Shown in pieces: positions 59,348-64,000 of a stretch of DNA of 64,000 nt. The stretch's first letter is position 1; each line of letters begins with the position of its first letter. The stretch lies in the IMG/VR virus record IMGVR_UViG_3300042558_005069, positions 32,001-96,000 of that record; one strand, written 5' to 3'. Made by a program: the position numbers and the translations under genes. The notes under the pieces were generated by a model. That model saw only the letters and a program-made list of their open reading frames with translations. It searched no databases and was not told where the DNA came from. Source of the DNA: a virus.

Positions 59348-59364
59348 ATAGTAGGATCGATTTT

Positions 59365-59925
59365 ATGAACGTAATGGGGCTAGACCTTTCCTTGACATCG
59401 ACAGGATGTTCCATAAACTCAAGAACATGTGTGGTTGGCACTAAAACAAAAAGTGCCGAAAGACTGTCCGTTATTTCTAAGTTAATATTAAATTTGGCAC
59501 TAGATAATTCAGTCGATGTTGCAATAATAGAGGGATACTCATTTGCCTCTCGCAACAGTCAAGCTCACAGTATCGGGGAACTCGGCGGAGCAGTAAGGAT
59601 GAGGCTATGGGAAAACGGTATTCCCTTTATAAATGTCCCCCCAACATGCAGAGCTAAGTTTGCTACAGGAAAAGGAAATGCCGGAAAGAACGAAGTTATT
59701 TCAGCTATTTCTGCAAGGACAGGAATAGTCTGGTCAGGAGCGGGGGCAGACGACATGTGCGACGCCTGGATACTTGAGCAAATGGCTAAACAATTTCTCA
59801 ATGAATCCTCTTTTAGTTGGCCAAAAGTAAATATTGAATCTTTAGAAAAAATTGATTGGTCTCCGCTGGTAGGATTACCTAAAATAAAAAAGAAAAAAGG
59901 TTTTGATGCGCAACTCCCCGATTAG
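59365..59925 (+). CDS. ruvC: RuvC-like Holliday junction resolvase
   Basis: MGLDLSLTSTG, IIEGY, ELGG, KFATGKGNAGK, DDMCDA. Confidence 0.9.
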   Translation: MNVMGLDLSLTSTGCSINSRTCVVGTKTKSAERLSVISKLILNLALDNSVDVAIIEGYSFASRNSQAHSIGELGGAVRMRLWENGIPFINVPPTCRAKFATGKGNAGKNEVISAISARTGIVWSGAGADDMCDAWILEQMAKQFLNESSFSWPKVNIESLEKIDWSPLVGLPKIKKKKGFDAQLPD

Positions 59926-60241
59926 CCAAGTCGATATTGAAAATGAAATTTTACGTCTTTTGGATAGGCTTGAAAAAGAAACAGAGTCTTTTGAGTCACT
60001 TTCTGTTGACTCATCAAAAAAAGAAGCACACTACAAATCTAATTGGGCAAAAGAATATCTTGGGGCAAATGGAGCTATAAAGCAAAGAGAAGCATGGGCG
60101 GATTATAAGTTGGAACAAGATTATTATGAATATAAAATTGCCGAGGCTTTAGTTAAATCAAAAAGAGAAGTGCTTCTAAGCTTACGGTCATCAATTGACG
60201 CAATGAGAACACTAAATGCGAATGTAAGGGTCCAAGTATGA
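59906..60241 (+). CDS. coiled-coil protein, possibly a UvsY-like recombination mediator
   Basis: Helical about 110 aa; QREAWA..AEALVKSKRE..IDAMRTLNANVR; recombination gene context. Confidence 0.45.
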   Translation: MRNSPISQVDIENEILRLLDRLEKETESFESLSVDSSKKEAHYKSNWAKEYLGANGAIKQREAWADYKLEQDYYEYKIAEALVKSKREVLLSLRSSIDAMRTLNANVRVQV

Positions 60242-60528
60242 AATTTATAAAAAGAAATAAATCACTATTCCCAGAAAAACTAACAACGCATTGGGATTCC
60301 TTGCCTCATAAAAGATATTCAAGCATGAACGACGATGATCTTTGTCCTTGGAACCTGAGCCCAAAAACAATTGACGAGTTTGTGTTGGCATGTGATCAAC
60401 GAAATGAGTGGCACAAGAATAATGCTGGAGATCCTCGTTACTCCTGGTGGTCATGTCTATTGACCCACGATCTAATGGAAGACATCGCAAGAACGTTAAA
60501 GGAAATTAAAGATGAACAACATTCATAA
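60238..60528 (+). CDS. hypothetical protein
   Basis: ATGA overlap with the upstream gene. Confidence 0.6.
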   Translation: MKFIKRNKSLFPEKLTTHWDSLPHKRYSSMNDDDLCPWNLSPKTIDEFVLACDQRNEWHKNNAGDPRYSWWSCLLTHDLMEDIARTLKEIKDEQHS

Positions 60529-61372
60529 TTCTCTACAGCACTTGGCGGTTGACATATTGGACCTAATTCCACTTGAGGACAATCCCAGAAAGGGAAATGT
60601 TGACGCGATAGCATCTTCTTATCTTGAGTTTGGGCAGATTAAGCCTATTGTAATTCGACCAAACGATGACGGAACTGCAACAATCATTGCCGGAAACCAC
60701 CAAGTCCAAGCAGCAAAGAAATTGGGATGGGATAAAATTGCTGCGGTTCCTTACGAAGTGGATAATCTTCGGGCGATCGCATTCGCAATTGCTGACAACA
60801 GGACGATGGAACTTGGTTACACAGAGCCAGATCTGCTTAATAACGTTATTTTGGAGATTGGAGATTACTATCCTGAGCTGATTGAGGGCTTAGGATGGGA
60901 TGAATTTGAATTTGCCGAACTAGAACAAAAATCAATTCGAGAAGAAAATCAAGTGATTAGTTCAGGAAACTCCTACACTTCGCCTTCACTACAAACTCCC
61001 GCCAGCGATTTCGGAAACGGATTTGGAAACGGATTTGGAAGCCGCGAAGAAGAAGAAGAGCCACGTGCCCTACGAGAGTCTCCACGAATAGACATGAATG
61101 CAATTTCGATGACAAAAGACAGAGACGGCAAAACTGAATTAAACGTGAGGTCTGGAGTTAATCAAGACGATGCAGTCGTGAGGGGATCAACAACCGTTTC
61201 TCCTTCATCCGCACCTCAGGCAGTTGTCCAGTACACAATAGTTTTTGATACTCATCAACAGCAGGCAAGGTGGTATGAATTTATAAAATGGCTTCGATCT
61301 GACCCCGCAGTTGCTGGAACCACAACAGCAGAGCGAATAATAGACTTCATCGATCAGCACATCGAGCTATGA
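60512..61372 (+). CDS. ParB/Srx-like N-terminal domain protein
   Basis: LIPLEDNPRKG, FGQIKPIVI, IIAGNH, IADNRT. Confidence 0.9.
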   Translation: MNNIHNSLQHLAVDILDLIPLEDNPRKGNVDAIASSYLEFGQIKPIVIRPNDDGTATIIAGNHQVQAAKKLGWDKIAAVPYEVDNLRAIAFAIADNRTMELGYTEPDLLNNVILEIGDYYPELIEGLGWDEFEFAELEQKSIREENQVISSGNSYTSPSLQTPASDFGNGFGNGFGSREEEEEPRALRESPRIDMNAISMTKDRDGKTELNVRSGVNQDDAVVRGSTTVSPSSAPQAVVQYTIVFDTHQQQARWYEFIKWLRSDPAVAGTTTAERIIDFIDQHIEL

Positions 61373-62499
61373 CGCGTCAACGCCTATTCCTTGACATGTC
61401 GTGTGTTGACGCAGCACGTCAAAGAATAAGGCACGTTTACGACACTTTTGATACTGTTTGTGTCCAGTTTTCTGGAGGCAAGGACTCGACGGCCGTCTTG
61501 CACTTAGCGCGAGAAGTTCATGAGGAAAGAGGCCTAGGTCCAGTAAAAGTAATATTTCGTGACGAAGAAATGGTCAGCCCAACGGTGATCGACTACGTTG
61601 AGCGAGTCAGAAACTATCCCTGGGTTGATATGGAATGGTATTGCTTGCCATACCCTGCGGAAATATGGGTTCTTGGCAGAAGGCTAACAACTCTTTTGTG
61701 GAGTCAGGAAAGATATGAGCAAGGCCGTTGGGTTAGAGAGATGCCATCATGGGCTATAAGCGGTAAGAACTTTGGCCTATCTCACAATACATCACTCCCT
61801 GAGCAGACCGACTATTACACCATGCAGGGAAAAAAGGGGAATGTTGCATTTCTTACTGGCGTGCGCGCAAGTGAGTCAATGGTTCGCTACAGGTCGGTTG
61901 TCCAAAAACTTCACGAAAACTATATAAACATTCCTTATAGGTTGAAAAAGGGTATTCCGTTAAAGTTTGCAAAAGTTATTTATGACTGGAATACAAATGA
62001 TGTATTCAAGTACATAGCCGAAGAGTGCGGAGCCGAATATTGCGAATACTATGATTTAGCAGTACTAACTGGCAGCAACAACCGCATCGGTATTCCGCTG
62101 CACGCAACCGCCATCCGTAGAATCGGCGACGTAGTAGCAACTGAGCCTGAATTTTATGACCGACTATTTGAATGTTTTCCATATATCGATGCGCAGCGTA
62201 GACTATGGCCAGAATTTAATGTCGAAAAATTAATCTCTAGCTATTCAGCAGATGGATTCGATGGAGCGTCAAGGTTTATTGACGAGTACCTCATAGGGGA
62301 TCGACGAAAAATGGAAGCCAAAGTCTATGTTTCAAAATTTAGAAAAAAACATCTGACAGATCCTCATGGTTATCCTGTCAGTTGGCTTATAAGGAATTTA
62401 ATGCTGAACGAAATAGATGTTAATTCACCAACCCCGGTGGGGCCAAAGACACGAGCGTATACCGTCCGTGAATCAGAAATAGAGGATGCAACGGAATGA
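61369..62499 (+). CDS. PAPS-reductase-like PP-loop protein (IbrA/DUF3440-like)
   Basis: VQFSGGKDS, FRDEE, GVRASES..R, IYDW. Confidence 0.88.
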   Translation: MTRQRLFLDMSCVDAARQRIRHVYDTFDTVCVQFSGGKDSTAVLHLAREVHEERGLGPVKVIFRDEEMVSPTVIDYVERVRNYPWVDMEWYCLPYPAEIWVLGRRLTTLLWSQERYEQGRWVREMPSWAISGKNFGLSHNTSLPEQTDYYTMQGKKGNVAFLTGVRASESMVRYRSVVQKLHENYINIPYRLKKGIPLKFAKVIYDWNTNDVFKYIAEECGAEYCEYYDLAVLTGSNNRIGIPLHATAIRRIGDVVATEPEFYDRLFECFPYIDAQRRLWPEFNVEKLISSYSADGFDGASRFIDEYLIGDRRKMEAKVYVSKFRKKHLTDPHGYPVSWLIRNLMLNEIDVNSPTPVGPKTRAYTVRESEIEDATE

Positions 62500-63047
62500 T
62501 AGATATTCAGTATGTCGAGCATTCTCAGCTCTCGGTCCCTGCTTGGAGAGCAACCTACGTTCTTCGTCCGGAGATGTTAATAATCGCTGGTTCACTTTCT
62601 CAGCATGGATTCATACAGCCACTCCACGTAAGGAAGGATACTGGCGAAATAATCGATGGTTCAGAAAGATTCTTAATTGCTACGAGCATTCGTGAGCTTC
62701 TGAGAAAATCAGATGGCTTAATTCCCGTAGTTATGCACGACGTTGACCAAGCGGATGCGATGATGATGCACGTCCAGCTAAATAGAGGTCATTCGGTGAT
62801 GACTGCAGCAAAAGTTTCAACGATAATCAGAGCACTAAAGAGATCAGGAAAGTATTCTGCTAGAGATTTTGAGTCGATCTTATGTATGCGGTCAGAAGAA
62901 CTCTCATTAATGCTTGACGGAGACCTAATAAAAAATAGAAAAATACTTGAACATAACTATGCTCGCGCATGGATTCCCATAGAAGCCCCCTCTTCAAAGG
63001 TGGAAGATGTCTTCGTTATTGAAAGACCACCCAATCCTGACCGTTGA
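62496..63047 (+). CDS. ParB-like protein (IbrB-like)
   Basis: SLSQHGFIQPL, IIDGSERF, HVQLNRG, YARAWIP. Confidence 0.8.
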   Translation: MIDIQYVEHSQLSVPAWRATYVLRPEMLIIAGSLSQHGFIQPLHVRKDTGEIIDGSERFLIATSIRELLRKSDGLIPVVMHDVDQADAMMMHVQLNRGHSVMTAAKVSTIIRALKRSGKYSARDFESILCMRSEELSLMLDGDLIKNRKILEHNYARAWIPIEAPSSKVEDVFVIERPPNPDR

Positions 63048-63093
63048 GTAAAGCTTTTTCTGGTATATTTTTTAAAAGCCAGAGGAGTTAAAT

Positions 63094-63873
63094 ATGCCAG
63101 GCGTACGCTACGGTCCAGATATTGCTGATGATGCCGCTTATGTTATGAATAACCTCGTCGACATAAATCGTCGATACAGGGAAACCGGAAAACTTCCTAG
63201 AGAATTTCAAAAATTTGCAAAATTAGCTAGAGAAGTATTCGGAGTAAGGGAATCCGACATAAGAAAAGGCAAGTACGGAGACCTTTCTAGACTTGCGCAA
63301 TATAGCTCTGCAGGAAGAAGCGCACGCGGCAAGGCGTACCAGAGAGCAAAACTTGCACGAAGTTGGCGCACAAAGAAGATAATGAAACGCGGACTGCGCC
63401 AAGAGTTCCAAAAAAGGGGCGAGAAGCCATCTGGCCGAGCACAAAGCGGCGTACGTAAAACGAGCCGAGGAGATGCTATTTCGGGGATTTCCGGAGTAGA
63501 AAGGCAGGGCCGAGGTGGAGCCACTTATCTTGGCAGAACAAAGACCAAGACTTTTGATAAATTGGCAGATGCCGCCTATGCAAGAGCAAGAAGAAATAAA
63601 GTTCAAATAGGTGGAGCAAGAGTAACTCAAGCAACTGCTGCGTCAATAGACAAGCTAAATATAGCGCGAACAGGAAAATTTCTTCCAGGGTTTGATGGTC
63701 AGCCTTTTGGCGGCACTGGCCGCAGGAGCGGTTCCAGCATTAGACCTCCAAAATCTAAAACCGCTGCGGCAGCGTCTCAAGCAAAAAGAGCAAAGACCGT
63801 AAAGGGAGCAGGAAAACCAGGAAGAAACTCCACGGCAAGAGGTGGAAGATCTCCAAAGCGACCTAAAAAATAA
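63094..63873 (+). CDS. highly basic Arg/Lys/Gly-rich hypothetical protein
   Basis: AGGAG SD; TGGTATATT -10-like box upstream. Confidence 0.7.
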   Translation: MPGVRYGPDIADDAAYVMNNLVDINRRYRETGKLPREFQKFAKLAREVFGVRESDIRKGKYGDLSRLAQYSSAGRSARGKAYQRAKLARSWRTKKIMKRGLRQEFQKRGEKPSGRAQSGVRKTSRGDAISGISGVERQGRGGATYLGRTKTKTFDKLADAAYARARRNKVQIGGARVTQATAASIDKLNIARTGKFLPGFDGQPFGGTGRRSGSSIRPPKSKTAAAASQAKRAKTVKGAGKPGRNSTARGGRSPKRPKK

Positions 63874-63882
63874 AACACTTAA

Positions 63883-64000
63883 CTAAATAATCAAATGTTT
63901 TTCGTGCATCCCTATCAAGGGTTCATCGTCATTCTCGCACATGTCTTCTAGAAATGTTTGACTTTCATCTCCATAGTCCTCTTCGCACATGAATTTTTTA
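63883..64000 (-). CDS. 3' end of an acidic hypothetical protein (partial)
   Basis: Open frame ..KKFMCEEDYGDESQTFLEDMCENDDEPLIGMHEKHLII-stop, convergent with the previous gene. Confidence 0.45.
   Translation of the reverse strand, partial: KKFMCEEDYGDESQTFLEDMCENDDEPLIGMHEKHLII

Overview
This window is part of a large tailed dsDNA phage genome (HK97-fold capsid, roughly 40-45% GC by eye). The host is most likely an actinobacterium, judging from WhiB, an actinobacterial-type SSB and many apparently leaderless genes. It holds a head module (portal, prohead protease, major capsid protein, divergently transcribed TerL), replication and recombination genes (SSB, primase-helicase, Rad52/Sak-like, PD-(D/E)XK exonuclease, HNH, RuvC), class II RNR, tRNA-Arg(TCT), metabolic genes (cytochrome P450, TauD-like dioxygenase) and a ParB/PAPS-reductase/ParB module. 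The main observation is three giant ORFs (4564, 2524 and 3207 aa) built as strings of enzymatic modules: GNATs, ADP-ribosyltransferase-like domains, a DEDDh exonuclease, HExxH zincins, ParB, ArdC and an SF1 helicase. The module boundaries are marked by a recurrent peptide, (R)-[FL]-[SA]-S-G, seen about 20 times with different codons. This points to a proteolytically processed, probably virion-packaged effector polyprotein system. One polyprotein is fused to the prohead protease, and a PepSY-domain protein is encoded between two of them. All domain calls come from reading motifs by eye; no database searches were run.
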